Below are positions 1 to 10,276 of a stretch of 64,000 bases of DNA, piece after piece. A model generated the notes under the pieces. That model was not told where the DNA came from. It saw nothing but the letters and a program-made list of their open reading frames with translations, and did not search any database. The stretch is taken from assembly GCA_050633245.1 (NCBI GenBank), contig JBOEGD010000027.1:40339-104338 (forward strand), written 5' to 3'. The number at the start of each line of letters is the position of its first letter. Position 1 is the stretch's first letter. This DNA is from Calditrichia bacterium (GTDB lineage Bacteria > Calditrichota > Calditrichia > RBG-13-44-9 > J075). The translations under genes were made by a program, and so were the position numbers.

Positions 1-73
1 CTGACATGAGAAAACCATCCAGCGTATATGTCATAGCTAAATAAGCAAAAATCTGGATAAATTTAGCTTCCAT
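1..73 (-). CDS. 5' fragment of a gene running off the window (MEAKFIQIFAYLAMTYTLDGFLMS...), hydrophobic N-terminus
   Basis: ATG at 73 on the minus strand with a purine-rich GGAAGAGAG upstream; frame stays open to the window edge. Confidence 0.5.
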   Translation of the reverse strand, partial: MEAKFIQIFAYLAMTYTLDGFLMS

Positions 74-167
74 AGCTCTCTTCCATTAACTCGTTTTGCT
101 TTAAAATAAGGATGAAATTAAAGCATTCTGCACGTAATATAAATGTCGACCTGTATCCGCCAGAGCT

Positions 168-1124
168 CTACTGACCCTTAAAATTAGGATAATCGTAATC
201 GAATCGTCTTTTATAATAGTAGCGCGTCAGCACATATGCAGCGACAATCATCACCAAAAAGCCAGGGAATTTAATACAAATTCCTATTGAGAAGAAGAAG
301 ATCCCCAGCTTTACGGCACGTACTGCCGGCGCCACTTTACCAGAAATTACTGCCGGAATTAGAAAAGGTAATGCTGTAACGCCCACCAGAAATAGCAGCG
401 CATCCCTTAGCCAGGCTGCCGAAAGGATAGCCAGAACAAGACAGCCCAAACTATACCAGAGCGTTGCCTTCAAACCATAAACGACAGCTATCGTCTGTTT
501 TCCCGTCTCCCGATCACCTTCCAGATCCGGCAATGTGGTGATAAGATAAAGTGCCGTATTATAAAACAGGTAGGGCAAAGAGGCATAAAGTCCCTCAAGG
601 TCAAAAGGTCGAAAAGCTAACCAACCCATTACGAATACGCTCCATCCCATTCCCATATTTGCGATTAACCCGCGAATCGGGTAGTTCTTGAAGGCAAAAG
701 GACGAAAATTATATACATAACCTGCCCAGAATAAAGAAAAGATGAGCATAAGTCCACTTGCTGTATTAAGCCACCAGGCAAGAACGATGCTTAAAGCCAG
801 CAACAAAACGCTCTCGATGTAAGCATGTCGAACCGATACGCAACCTTTTCCAAGAATAAACAGCTTACTATTCAGCGTATCGCTTTCAATATCATGGATT
901 TGGTTGAGGATAGCACCAGATCCCATTGCAAATGCCAGATAGGCTCCGGCATGAAGGAGTTTCTCCGGCGCACCGTGAATGGTCAGTCCATGTTCCAGAA
1001 TGGACGTTAGGTGCAGTTCGCCGCGGGCGGCAAGATATCCGGCCATCATAGTAGCCCAGCCGGGAAAGAATAAAATTGGTCTGGTCAGAAAAAGATAATC
1101 AAGAGCTCTTAAAATAGGCTGCAT
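168..1124 (-). CDS. UbiA family prenyltransferase
   Basis: Multi-TM protein with N-terminal TRP, first Asp-rich motif NQIHDIESD and second motif LPDLEGD...GKQT. Confidence 0.85.
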   Translation of the reverse strand: MQPILRALDYLFLTRPILFFPGWATMMAGYLAARGELHLTSILEHGLTIHGAPEKLLHAGAYLAFAMGSGAILNQIHDIESDTLNSKLFILGKGCVSVRHAYIESVLLLALSIVLAWWLNTASGLMLIFSLFWAGYVYNFRPFAFKNYPIRGLIANMGMGWSVFVMGWLAFRPFDLEGLYASLPYLFYNTALYLITTLPDLEGDRETGKQTIAVVYGLKATLWYSLGCLVLAILSAAWLRDALLFLVGVTALPFLIPAVISGKVAPAVRAVKLGIFFFSIGICIKFPGFLVMIVAAYVLTRYYYKRRFDYDYPNFKGQ

Positions 1125-1127
1125 CCT

Positions 1128-1601
1128 CTAAAACTTAATCTGCAACTGTAAGCCAACCGCATCGGGCGGCAACGGAACATCCATAGCACTTATTGAAATC
1201 GCAGTGTCGAATTGAAATAAGTAAGCATCGACATAAGCATCAACCAGCGTCAGAAAATACGTTATGCCCAGCAGCCAATTGGAGGCATTACGACGATTTC
1301 TGGCATTGCGACGCACATCATCCGGGAGCGCATCATCATTAAACTTGTTGTGAAAGTGCACTGAACGCCAGATCATCGCGCCATTTAGCGCCGCTACAAA
1401 CAGTGCTTTAGGATACGCCTCATTATATGCCTGTCCTAAGCCTGGCAGAACTGCACTACGCAGAACAGCCCCCATTGGAGATTTAATTGGCGTATCCGAG
1501 AGTAATTTTAGCGTGTCAACAGCCGTATGTTCATCTCTACCATCAATAGCGTAAAGCGAATGCGACGCGAGCAGACACAACAGTATAAACATGTATTTCA
1601 A
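1128..1601 (-). CDS. DUF5683-like membrane/secreted protein
   Basis: Signal peptide, SAVLPGLGQAYN motif, VDAYVDAYL, C-terminal Phe. Confidence 0.7.
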   Translation of the reverse strand: MKYMFILLCLLASHSLYAIDGRDEHTAVDTLKLLSDTPIKSPMGAVLRSAVLPGLGQAYNEAYPKALFVAALNGAMIWRSVHFHNKFNDDALPDDVRRNARNRRNASNWLLGITYFLTLVDAYVDAYLFQFDTAISISAMDVPLPPDAVGLQLQIKF

Positions 1602-1617
1602 GATTGTCTCAATGCTT

Positions 1618-2502
1618 TTAAGTTTGAATATTATGAATAACCGTCAACGCTTTCGGATGCACCGTAATTTCAAGTAATTTTGCCGAATGATCGACCATTT
1701 CGCCATCGGCGTGCAGCGGGATACCACTATCAGACTCGATGACCATCTTTTCGCTCTGCACCAGATTTACCTGAGGTAAGTGAATATGAGTTCCCAAAAG
1801 CACCTTGATCAAATTACCAAGTATTTGCCTGGTCTTAAGGGCATCAAAAATACAGAAGTCGAGCAGTCCGTCATCAACTTTAGCACCGGGAGTAAGAAAA
1901 AATCCACCTCCCTGGCATTCCCCATTGCCGACTGAAATCATAAATACGTCTTTCTGCAAATCATAGCCGCTATATTTTATGCGAACAGGACGGTTTTTGA
2001 ATTGGCGCAGCGTTCTTAAGACAGCTAGAAGATAGATAAGAAATCCCCGTAACCAGCGTATTTTGTTCGCCTGCACAACTACATCGGCATCAAAACCTAT
2101 GCCTAGTCCGTTTGCAAACCAGGTGTTATTAACCTTTCCAAGATCTACCGCTTTGCGTCGATTTTCTTTAATCACGTTGATCGCATCGCTGATCTGGAGT
2201 GGCAAATTCAGCATCTTAACGAAATCGTTTCCAGATCCAATCGGCACAACCGCAAGGCTACTCTTTCCTCCGGCAAGTCCGTTAATTACCTCATGTACCG
2301 TGCCATCGCCACCTACAGCAATCACAATAGTATTGTTATTCTTGAATTCTGCTGCTGCACTCCTGGCTTCTCCCGCAGCAGAGGTCTCCGTATAGCTCAC
2401 CTCTCCAAGCACAGACCGAAGCGTGCTCAGAATTGTTTCTTTCTGCTTTCCGGCTTTTCCGCGTCCTGCTGCCGGATTAAGAATAACATGATAGTTCATC
2501 AA
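1618..2502 (-). CDS. Diacylglycerol/lipid kinase (YegS/BmrU family)
   Basis: NPAAG, GGDGT, GSGNDF, GIGFDA, DDGLLD and HADGE motifs. Confidence 0.92.
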   Translation of the reverse strand: MMNYHVILNPAAGRGKAGKQKETILSTLRSVLGEVSYTETSAAGEARSAAAEFKNNNTIVIAVGGDGTVHEVINGLAGGKSSLAVVPIGSGNDFVKMLNLPLQISDAINVIKENRRKAVDLGKVNNTWFANGLGIGFDADVVVQANKIRWLRGFLIYLLAVLRTLRQFKNRPVRIKYSGYDLQKDVFMISVGNGECQGGGFFLTPGAKVDDGLLDFCIFDALKTRQILGNLIKVLLGTHIHLPQVNLVQSEKMVIESDSGIPLHADGEMVDHSAKLLEITVHPKALTVIHNIQT

Positions 2503-2504
2503 AA

Positions 2505-2888
2505 CTATTTAACAATCGCTATGCAGTCTATTTCAACGAGCACATCTTTTGGCAACCGGCTAACCTCAACCGTTGAGCGGGCAGGAGCGTTTTCTGCAAA
2601 GAAGGTTCCGTATACCGCATTTACGGCGGCAAAGTCATCCATGCTTTTCAAAAAGATTGTCGTTTTTACGACGTTATCGAAGCTACTGCCAGCCGCGGCA
2701 AGCACAGCTCCCAAATTCTTCATAACCTGATGCGCTTGCTCTTCAACGCTTCCATCGAGCAGCTGATTTGTGGACGGGTCAATAGCGATTTGACCTGCAG
2801 TATACACCATGCCACCGGCGCAAACGGCCTGATTATAAGGGCCTACCGGGTCTGGCGCATCATTTGTTTTTACAATTGTCTTCGACAT
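2505..2888 (-). CDS. ridA: RidA family reactive-intermediate deaminase
   Basis: GPYNQA, AGQIA, PARSTVEV and EIDCIA motifs; 127 aa. Confidence 0.93.
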   Translation of the reverse strand: MSKTIVKTNDAPDPVGPYNQAVCAGGMVYTAGQIAIDPSTNQLLDGSVEEQAHQVMKNLGAVLAAAGSSFDNVVKTTIFLKSMDDFAAVNAVYGTFFAENAPARSTVEVSRLPKDVLVEIDCIAIVK

Positions 2889-2927
2889 AGTCAGTCCATT
2901 TACATTTTTATTTAGCGTTTTAGTTAT

Positions 2928-3539
2928 TCACCCGAACAATAAATCGGGGTCTCCCCCGCCCTCTCGCAGAATCTCTATATCATTGCCGACTATCCGTACA
3001 ACCGTCGATTCAACGGCATCCGAGAGAATTCCTGCATCGAGCAACATATCCGCGGAAGCAACATATTCCATCGAAAAGTCGCCGTCTGGAATTTCCAAGG
3101 TCACTTCTTCGGTTGCAGATGAATTTACAATGGGATTGCCCAACCCTTCAATGAGGGCACGACAAACTTCGCTATTGGGAATTCGGATGCCGATCTGTTT
3201 CTTACGACTGAGCATCAGTTTCGGTATTTCTCTGGTTGCCTCGAGAATAATTGTATATGGCCCCGGCAGGCAACGTTTAAGAATCTTAAATACGAAGTTG
3301 TTAATCTTAACGTAATTCGATGCCTGCTGAATTGAAGCACACAACAGACTCATAGAGTCGGTTGGCGACTTTCCTTTCACGCGATACAGCTTTTCCAATG
3401 CTTTCTTATCATAGACATTGCATCCCATTCCATAGACAGTATCGGTTGGATAAATAATAATACCACCCTTTTCAAGAGCGCCAACTGCCTGGCCGATATG
3501 GCGAGCGTTGGGATTTGAGAGGTGTATCATATGTCTCAT
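2928..3539 (-). CDS. Sua5/YciO/YrdC family protein (threonylcarbamoyl-AMP synthase-like)
   Basis: YPTDTVYG, LPGPYT, IGIRIP, STVV and REGGG motifs; start trimmed to ATG 3539 (MRHMIHL). Confidence 0.88.
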   Translation of the reverse strand: MRHMIHLSNPNARHIGQAVGALEKGGIIIYPTDTVYGMGCNVYDKKALEKLYRVKGKSPTDSMSLLCASIQQASNYVKINNFVFKILKRCLPGPYTIILEATREIPKLMLSRKKQIGIRIPNSEVCRALIEGLGNPIVNSSATEEVTLEIPDGDFSMEYVASADMLLDAGILSDAVESTVVRIVGNDIEILREGGGDPDLLFG

Positions 3540-3705
3540 TATGCTATCCCGGGATAGTGGAAAGCCAATATTGTTTACCTGAGTCCATCGGAATGTAAAC
3601 ATGCCAAATGTTTTCAAGCTAATTTATGAGAATCTTTTTTGGAGCGTTTGAAGGTAAGGGATTTCTAAAGAATTATCAATTGAAATCATAGGTAAGGAAA
3701 GCCCG

Positions 3706-4902
3706 CTATTCTGCGATAAGCGCATCAACAAGATGCTGCATTTCCAGATCAGATTTTCCCGTAAATAAGATGGTGGTGCCTTCCGTCTCATTTCGTTTCA
3801 GATGCGCAAGCACTTCAGCATGATTACCACAGGCCTCGTAAACAGCATCTTTTTTGTTTAGTCGTTTCATTCCCGCAATAATATGCCTGGCGTTCTCACC
3901 AAGTGTTACCACAGAGTCAATCGGTAGAGCGGCAACGTAATATCCCAGCTTTAGATGCGCTTCATCCGGGTGCGGTCCGGGCTTGTTCATGTCGCCTATC
4001 ACCAATGTAAGTTTGCGTGAGAACGGCTTAAATTGAACCAGTGACTCGCAGGCCTTCGTCACAGAGTTAAACGTTGCATCGTAGGTATAATCCAAAATAT
4101 AGTTCTGCTTATGTCTAAGCAAATTTCCCTTGCGACTATATAGGGAAAAGCGTTCCTGTAAACCCTGTTGAATTTGCTCAAAGGGCAATCCCATAAGTCG
4201 CGCAACCGCGATAGCAGTCAGTGCATTATATACGGCGGAGGAACTATAGATCGGCATGTGGAAGTGATAAAAATCGTTTACCTTGAATGCAATGCCATCC
4301 GGCCCGAGATAATCGATTGCACTTGCATAGAAGTGAGCGCTTTGGTTTAAACCAAATTTTACAACGCGAGACTCTGGTGCAAAGCGGGAAAGTGCGGTAA
4401 CCAGGTCGTCATCAATGTTTAGCACCGCATAACCGCTTCGAGGCAAGTAGCGCACCAATTCTTCTTTGGCATCGGCGATCGTATACTTGTCACCGAGATT
4501 GGCAAGATGTGATTCTCCGATGTTGGTTACCACCCCGATAGTAGGCTCGGCGATACGCACAACATTTTTGAACTGTTCGGGATTCACAATACCCAGTTCC
4601 AGCATGGCCAGCTCGTGTTCAGCTGAGAGCCGCAGTAATGTTGAGGTGACGCCCGAGGCGGTCGAACAATCAGGAGGGGTCTCAAGAATCGCTCGCTGCT
4701 CGCCAAAAATGGCCGAAATCATACGTTTAGTGATTGTCTTGCCTTCGGTGCCGGAAATGCCGACGACAGGAATGTTAAACTTTCGACGATGTTTTTTAAT
4801 CTTGCGCAAATTTAAACGCACATAGGCTTCAAATGCTTCCTCATCCTGAGCCAGCAGCGATATTTCGTCTAAATACAGCTGTTCGGTACGCTTTGAATTC
4901 AT
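3706..4902 (-). CDS. Divergent MurF-like Mur ligase (central and C-terminal domains only)
   Basis: VVGISGTEGKT P-loop, LELG, TNIGESH, AKEEL, LNIDD, YNALTA, IGDM; true start probably ATG 4902 because the longer ORF overlaps mqnA. Confidence 0.8.
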   Translation of the reverse strand: MNSKRTEQLYLDEISLLAQDEEAFEAYVRLNLRKIKKHRRKFNIPVVGISGTEGKTITKRMISAIFGEQRAILETPPDCSTASGVTSTLLRLSAEHELAMLELGIVNPEQFKNVVRIAEPTIGVVTNIGESHLANLGDKYTIADAKEELVRYLPRSGYAVLNIDDDLVTALSRFAPESRVVKFGLNQSAHFYASAIDYLGPDGIAFKVNDFYHFHMPIYSSSAVYNALTAIAVARLMGLPFEQIQQGLQERFSLYSRKGNLLRHKQNYILDYTYDATFNSVTKACESLVQFKPFSRKLTLVIGDMNKPGPHPDEAHLKLGYYVAALPIDSVVTLGENARHIIAGMKRLNKKDAVYEACGNHAEVLAHLKRNETEGTTILFTGKSDLEMQHLVDALIAE

Positions 4903-4918
4903 GAAGACACCTGAAGGT

Positions 4919-5704
4919 TTAAGAATCAATAAATGAAATGCCGGGAATATGTTCAATTGCGCCATAATAATACAAGTATTCGAAGAAGACGCGCAGCGAA
5001 TCCCAGCTAAAATCATCCGCTTCAGAAGCGTAGGAATATTCCAACAGAGTTTCCAGTACCGTCGCCTGTATCGGAGGATTCTCTTTGGCATAAGCATCAG
5101 CAGCGGGACGAATATATTGCGCCAGTTTGCTTGCCTTAAATTCGGGAAGATGTTGCTTTTCGGCAGAGTCATCGCGAACTGCCAAAACCAGATGGATGAA
5201 TGCTGCTTCTGTTTTGTCCGACCATTCTTCGCCAATATCCATCTGAGCCAAATCGGTTGCGGATAAAGCGAGGGCACGATCTCCTTCTACAAAGCAGGCC
5301 GAATGACTCTTCAACAAATCACTTATTTCAGATGACGAGTCGACTTCAACAAACTCACACTCAATATCATACACTTCATTTAACAGAATCGCTGCCAACA
5401 TCCGATACGGGCTATCGTCATCGAAGACGGCAATGGTTTCTATGGTCTGCATGTTCTCACGAAACATTAGCTGGGACGTCATCGTTGCACCATGACTGAT
5501 AAGTGCAGTTCGTGGATGCAAAGACAGATTCGAGCTACTTCGAGCAAAATCCAGCGGCGTAATAAAAGCGGCATCCAGTTTTCCCTCTGCGAGGTCCAAA
5601 CTGTTTTGCCGTGGCGACTGCATGGTAAATGAAAAGCCCTGCATCGCTTCAAAGGCCTTTGTAAGCGGTGCAGCAATCAACTGATCTGATAGCCCAATCT
5701 TCAT
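4919..5704 (-). CDS. mqnA: MqnA/MqnD family (chorismate dehydratase-like, futalosine menaquinone pathway), divergent
   Basis: PL near the N-terminus, LAEGKLDAAFI, EGDRAL, DIGEEW...T.AAF pattern of the VitK2_biosynth family. Confidence 0.7.
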   Translation of the reverse strand: MKIGLSDQLIAAPLTKAFEAMQGFSFTMQSPRQNSLDLAEGKLDAAFITPLDFARSSSNLSLHPRTALISHGATMTSQLMFRENMQTIETIAVFDDDSPYRMLAAILLNEVYDIECEFVEVDSSSEISDLLKSHSACFVEGDRALALSATDLAQMDIGEEWSDKTEAAFIHLVLAVRDDSAEKQHLPEFKASKLAQYIRPAADAYAKENPPIQATVLETLLEYSYASEADDFSWDSLRVFFEYLYYYGAIEHIPGISFIDS

Positions 5705-7770
5705 TACTTATTCTTTCCAATAGGTTTCATTGCGCTTTCGGAGACTTTCACTGGTAGCAAGAGATGACAATCCGTACCGCGATCAATCTCACTATCGTAG
5801 TAGATAACGGAATCATTCTCTTTCACCAGTTGAAAAACAATTGACAATCCCAATCCGGTACCAAACGTCTTGGTCGTAAAGAACGGATTAAAAATATGCT
5901 TCAGGTTTTCCGGTGCAATTCCACAGCCGTCATCACTGATAATTATTTCGAGATACGGCACGCTCTCAACGCGTGCATGATAAGACATTCTCTCACTTTT
6001 TCCAACAGCCATTGTTTGCATATACGGCCGAATGGCAATTGTAATCTCGCCACCACTTTGCATTGCTTCAATCGCGTTGAATAATAGATTAATAAATATT
6101 TGTTGAAGCTGTCCGGAATCTACATATACCATAGGCAGGTCGGGCTGAATGTCTTTTTTAAGGGTTATATTTTGATCAACAAATTTTTGATTGATCAAAC
6201 TAAGCACGTCTTTTAAAACAAAGTCGACATTATGCCCCTGTCGATTCGGCTTGGAAGGCTTTGCATAAGAGAACAGCGTCTTTAGAAGGTCATCCAGTCG
6301 GTTTACCAGCCGAATAATGCGCTGCACGTATTCGCGTTTCGGATCTCCTTCAGCTACCTCTTCTTCAAAGGTCTGGGCCATTGCCTTGATACCTGCAAGT
6401 GGATTGCGGATTTCATGAGCGATGCCGGAAGCCATCACCCCGAGAGATGCCAGGCGATCGACAGTTCGGATTTCCTCCTGAATTTCCTTGCGATATGTAA
6501 TGTCCTTCATCGTAATAATGGTGCCGAGTTCTTCACCTTTATCATTGCGTAAGGCTTCTACAGAATACCCCAGATGCAGAGATTTTCCACGCGGAGTTTG
6601 CAGCTCAATTTCCGGCCGCTCCAACTTCAAGGCGTATGTATGTGGGGATTGCAAAATCTCTACCGCTGCTTCCGCGCCGATAATATCGTCAAATGCTTTG
6701 TTGACTACGGCCTGAACAGGAAGTCCAAACAAATAAGCAGCGTGATCGTTTAGAAAGGATATGGTATTATCCGGACTCAATACAATTAAACCAAAATTCA
6801 GCTGTTTTACGACCGTATCAAGATTCTCTGCGATTGTGAGGTCACCCGCACCGGCAGTAGCATTTCTGCTTTGCGTTGGCAACAGCACTTTTGTAAGCAA
6901 TCCGTTGAAGTGTCGCAAGACCTGGTAGTGCATCTCTGTAAACTTACCCTCATCAGATTTCAAGACGGCCAGTACAAACACGGTTTTCTCGTCGAAGACA
7001 ATTGGATGCACCATAAACCCGGTAATCTTAAGTTTAAGGGACCCATTGAGATAGGTAATAAAGGGATTGTTAGACTGTACGGTATTAAGAATTGTAGCTT
7101 CCTTCAGGCGGACAGCCTTCACTAAAATCGGCATTTCTGCCACCGGAAGGGTTAGTTCATCCGTGACAAGGTCGACGGGATCGGCCTGAACCAGACGAAG
7201 TCTTTGTCCTTTTTCAACACGCAGAAATATGCAGGCTCGTGCTTTTAGAAGACTTCTAAGGCCGGCAAGTAACTTAGGCAAGAGAGCAGCGGCCTGAGTG
7301 GTATCATTCACTTCTTCAGCGCGTTTATAAAACGTGCGTAAAAGACGTAACTCCAACAATCCGGCTTCGGGGCTTTCAACGGGTAGTGAATTGGGTGAAG
7401 CTGCTCGTAAGAGCTGGCGAATACGAATCTGTAAGTCCAGCTTGTCGAAGGGAACGGGCAAATAGTCATTTACACCCAAACCAACCAGGCGGTAGCGTAA
7501 CTTGAGGGGTTCTGCATGCACCAGAGCAAGCACCGGCACACGAGACATAATACTGGTTTCACGGAAAGACAGCAGCTTGGCAAACTGTTCTTCGGGAAAC
7601 GGCAGGGTGTCGACAATCACCAACTTTATGCTTCGCAACTCATCGGGCGAGCATTTAGCAAGCCCGGTCAGCGGCATATAATCGCAGCGGAACTGGAAGT
7701 CCTTTAAGGCATTCCGCACCAGTGTAAAGTGCTTTTCTTCTTTTCCGAGAAGAATAATTCTCGAAGGCAC
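5704..7770 (-). CDS. Cytoplasmic sensor histidine kinase (REC-like, GAF, PAS, HisKA, HATPase)
   Basis: H-box AHEIRNPL, N-box NLLFNAIEA, DDGCGI, FNPFFTTK, GTGLGL; N-terminal receiver-like GVNDYLPVPF. Confidence 0.9.
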   Translation of the reverse strand: MPSRIILLGKEEKHFTLVRNALKDFQFRCDYMPLTGLAKCSPDELRSIKLVIVDTLPFPEEQFAKLLSFRETSIMSRVPVLALVHAEPLKLRYRLVGLGVNDYLPVPFDKLDLQIRIRQLLRAASPNSLPVESPEAGLLELRLLRTFYKRAEEVNDTTQAAALLPKLLAGLRSLLKARACIFLRVEKGQRLRLVQADPVDLVTDELTLPVAEMPILVKAVRLKEATILNTVQSNNPFITYLNGSLKLKITGFMVHPIVFDEKTVFVLAVLKSDEGKFTEMHYQVLRHFNGLLTKVLLPTQSRNATAGAGDLTIAENLDTVVKQLNFGLIVLSPDNTISFLNDHAAYLFGLPVQAVVNKAFDDIIGAEAAVEILQSPHTYALKLERPEIELQTPRGKSLHLGYSVEALRNDKGEELGTIITMKDITYRKEIQEEIRTVDRLASLGVMASGIAHEIRNPLAGIKAMAQTFEEEVAEGDPKREYVQRIIRLVNRLDDLLKTLFSYAKPSKPNRQGHNVDFVLKDVLSLINQKFVDQNITLKKDIQPDLPMVYVDSGQLQQIFINLLFNAIEAMQSGGEITIAIRPYMQTMAVGKSERMSYHARVESVPYLEIIISDDGCGIAPENLKHIFNPFFTTKTFGTGLGLSIVFQLVKENDSVIYYDSEIDRGTDCHLLLPVKVSESAMKPIGKNK

Positions 7771-7787
7771 CCGGGCGCTCCTTCATT

Positions 7788-8468
7788 CTATCTGGAAAAG
7801 ATAGATTTAAACTTCTCATAATCCAGAATAATTATTTTGCCTTTTTCCTTCTTCAGGTAGCTTTGGATCATCAACGACTTAATCACGCGTGAAATCGTCT
7901 CACGACTGGTTCCTGCCATATTCGCAAGATCCTGCTGAAGCGGTAATTCACTAATTTCTACCTGTCCACGACGGAAAACACCTGAGTCTTCGGCAATCCG
8001 AAGTAAGGTGCTGGCAACACGTCCTGTGGCGTCCTGCAATGAAAGCGATTTAATGTGCTCATCACTTTTGCGAATTCGCTGAGCGAGTTCTTTTAGCAGA
8101 TTGATAGCAATTTGCGGGTAATCGTGCAACATTTGTAGAAAGTCTTCACGGCGAATAACCATCAATTCAGACTCTTCAATGGCAGTAACGTTTGCAGACC
8201 GGGTTTGCCCGTCTAACAAAGACATCTCACCAAAGAAATCGCCTTCGCTGAGAATCGATAAAATTACTTCACGGCCATCATCACTGATACGGGAAATTTT
8301 TACCCTGCCATCTAAAATCACAAACATCGTAGAGCCAACTTCTTCTTCAATCAGGATCAAATTGTCTTTGTGATAGCGCTGTTTGCTAGCCACATTGGTG
8401 ATGCGCTCAAGATCCTTTTCGCTGAGCTCTGAAAAAAGTGGAATTCCTTTTAATACTCTGATATCCAT
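7788..8468 (-). CDS. Crp/Fnr family transcriptional regulator
   Basis: cNMP-binding FGEMSLLDGQTRSA and HTH QQDLANMAGTSRETISR. Confidence 0.95.
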   Translation of the reverse strand: MDIRVLKGIPLFSELSEKDLERITNVASKQRYHKDNLILIEEEVGSTMFVILDGRVKISRISDDGREVILSILSEGDFFGEMSLLDGQTRSANVTAIEESELMVIRREDFLQMLHDYPQIAINLLKELAQRIRKSDEHIKSLSLQDATGRVASTLLRIAEDSGVFRRGQVEISELPLQQDLANMAGTSRETISRVIKSLMIQSYLKKEKGKIIILDYEKFKSIFSR

Positions 8469-8479
8469 ACCTTGCCCCG

Positions 8480-9145
8480 TTAAAATTGGATAATATATCC
8501 TTTAACCTTAAATCGATTCATTAATTTTTCCGCAACCATTTCTGCTTCGCTTCTGGAAGAATTTGCTCCAACAGCGACGATATATAGCGTAGAACCGTTT
8601 TTTTCCTTACTTAACACCCTTGCGGATGGAAATGTGTTTAAATAGCGTTCACGTTCCTTAAGAGCACTGTCGCGGTTGCTGAATGCACCAACCTGAACGG
8701 CAAAACCAGACTCAGGTGCAGCGGCCTTTGCTGTTGGTTTTTCAACCGGTTCATCGACTTCAGTTTGCACGGTGTTCTTTACAGACATCAATCGTGTAAA
8801 AAACGCCGGGTCTTCGTTAATCCGTCTGGCCGTTTCGTAATACCCCTGTGCAGAGTAGAATTGTCCTACGCGTTCCTGAATAAGTGTTCTTAACGTAAGA
8901 TCGTCGGAGACACCATAGGCCTTTGCCATTGTTTTAATGGCAGTCGCGGATTCCGGCTCAAACAAAGACTCTAAAAAAAGCTGCCAACCCGGGAACGCAA
9001 CACCGGCACTCTTTATTGCGTGGAGTCGTTCTACCTTTCCCTGTTTATACAATCGAGCCAGGTCGCCTTTTGTCTGCGCGAAACTGACACTCCCTGTAAG
9101 AATCAGGAGTGATAGGATAAGTTGTATGTATCGATTTTTCCACAT
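8480..9145 (-). CDS. Secreted SPOR-domain protein
   Basis: Signal peptide from ATG 9145 (MWKNRYIQL...SFA); C-terminal FAVQVGAFSNRDSA SPOR motif. Confidence 0.85.
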   Translation of the reverse strand: MWKNRYIQLILSLLILTGSVSFAQTKGDLARLYKQGKVERLHAIKSAGVAFPGWQLFLESLFEPESATAIKTMAKAYGVSDDLTLRTLIQERVGQFYSAQGYYETARRINEDPAFFTRLMSVKNTVQTEVDEPVEKPTAKAAAPESGFAVQVGAFSNRDSALKERERYLNTFPSARVLSKEKNGSTLYIVAVGANSSRSEAEMVAEKLMNRFKVKGYIIQF

Positions 9146-10266
9146 GATTGACACATCCATACCGGACGCTCGCTATTTTCTTCACAGTTACCGCAAACGT
9201 AAATGCGGGTATTTCGGGTGCCACCATTCAAAAAATAAGTCCGCGATTGGTCGGCAGCAAGTTTATATTGACCTTTATTGAAATACAGATTAATCTTCCG
9301 GCCGATTAAAACAGGCGATTCCTGGTGTTCTTCCAAAAGATTTAGAACTTCAATCGCGCTATCGTATTCACCCTTTTTATCATAAATCTCGGCAAGAGCC
9401 AGCCCCGGTTCAAGTCGATTGGTATTATTTGCAATCAAGTCTTGATAAAAGCTGACAGCTTCGTTATACCGTCCCATTTCAAAGCACGTCTTCTCCAGCT
9501 CAGGAAAAGTGATATGTGCTTTAGAGGGCACTTTCTTGCAGAGTAGTTTCCACTGAGCAAGGGCATCATCCAGTCGGTTTTCGTTAAAGTAAGACTTCCC
9601 CAAATGATAATACGCCGCTGTACAGGATGAATCTTTCTTTAATGCCTCTTTAAAGCGCGAACGTGCATCTTTAGGATTTTCTGCTTCCTGATGGTCAAGC
9701 CCCTGAAAAACTAAATAGAGTGCCTGAAGCTTACGGTATTCCGGAAAATGACCGGAGTGTTTATTAACCAGCGCGCTGGCATCTTTCCAACGTTCCGCCC
9801 TTTCGAGCATAGACAGCAATGTTCTAAGCGTCTCGCCGGCTGGTTTGCGCTGCAGGCGAAGTAGCTGATTTGCTGTTTCAATTCCACGATCATATTCACC
9901 AGACGCATTGAAGTCCAGCAATAAACTTTTCAATATCCGCTGGCGCTGATCGGGTGATATATTTTCACGAGCGGTCAAATCACGATGTATTCGGATTGCA
10001 TTGCTATGCAGTCCCTTATCCCGCAACAAATCACCAAGCTGCACATAGGCGGAAATATTATCACTATTTTCTTTTATCGCGACCTTGAACTTTTCTATGG
10101 CAAGCCGTGGATTACCTTCGGCCAGAAACTCAAGAGCCTGCATATAGGCATCCTGCTCACCATCCCTGCTTCTTCCGGCAAACAGATATGTTGCAACGAA
10201 GCCAAAAACCAGCACCAGTGCAACAGCGATAAGTGAAAGATCAAAAAGTGGATTTTCCGTCATCAA
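9103..10266 (-). CDS. lapB: LPS assembly protein B (TM anchor, TPR repeats, rubredoxin domain)
   Basis: N-terminal TM, AIRIHRDL TPR, C-terminal CGNC...WMCQSCG; adjacent to a LapA-like gene. Confidence 0.85.
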   Translation of the reverse strand: MMTENPLFDLSLIAVALVLVFGFVATYLFAGRSRDGEQDAYMQALEFLAEGNPRLAIEKFKVAIKENSDNISAYVQLGDLLRDKGLHSNAIRIHRDLTARENISPDQRQRILKSLLLDFNASGEYDRGIETANQLLRLQRKPAGETLRTLLSMLERAERWKDASALVNKHSGHFPEYRKLQALYLVFQGLDHQEAENPKDARSRFKEALKKDSSCTAAYYHLGKSYFNENRLDDALAQWKLLCKKVPSKAHITFPELEKTCFEMGRYNEAVSFYQDLIANNTNRLEPGLALAEIYDKKGEYDSAIEVLNLLEEHQESPVLIGRKINLYFNKGQYKLAADQSRTYFLNGGTRNTRIYVCGNCEENSERPVWMCQSCGKIDTYNLSYHS

Positions 10267-10276
10267 CCAGAGGTTC

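Noticed and set aside
4903-5277. N-terminal 125 aa of the 523-aa ORF
   Set aside because: Overlaps mqnA in another frame and has no Mur-like features; ATG 4902 is the plausible start.
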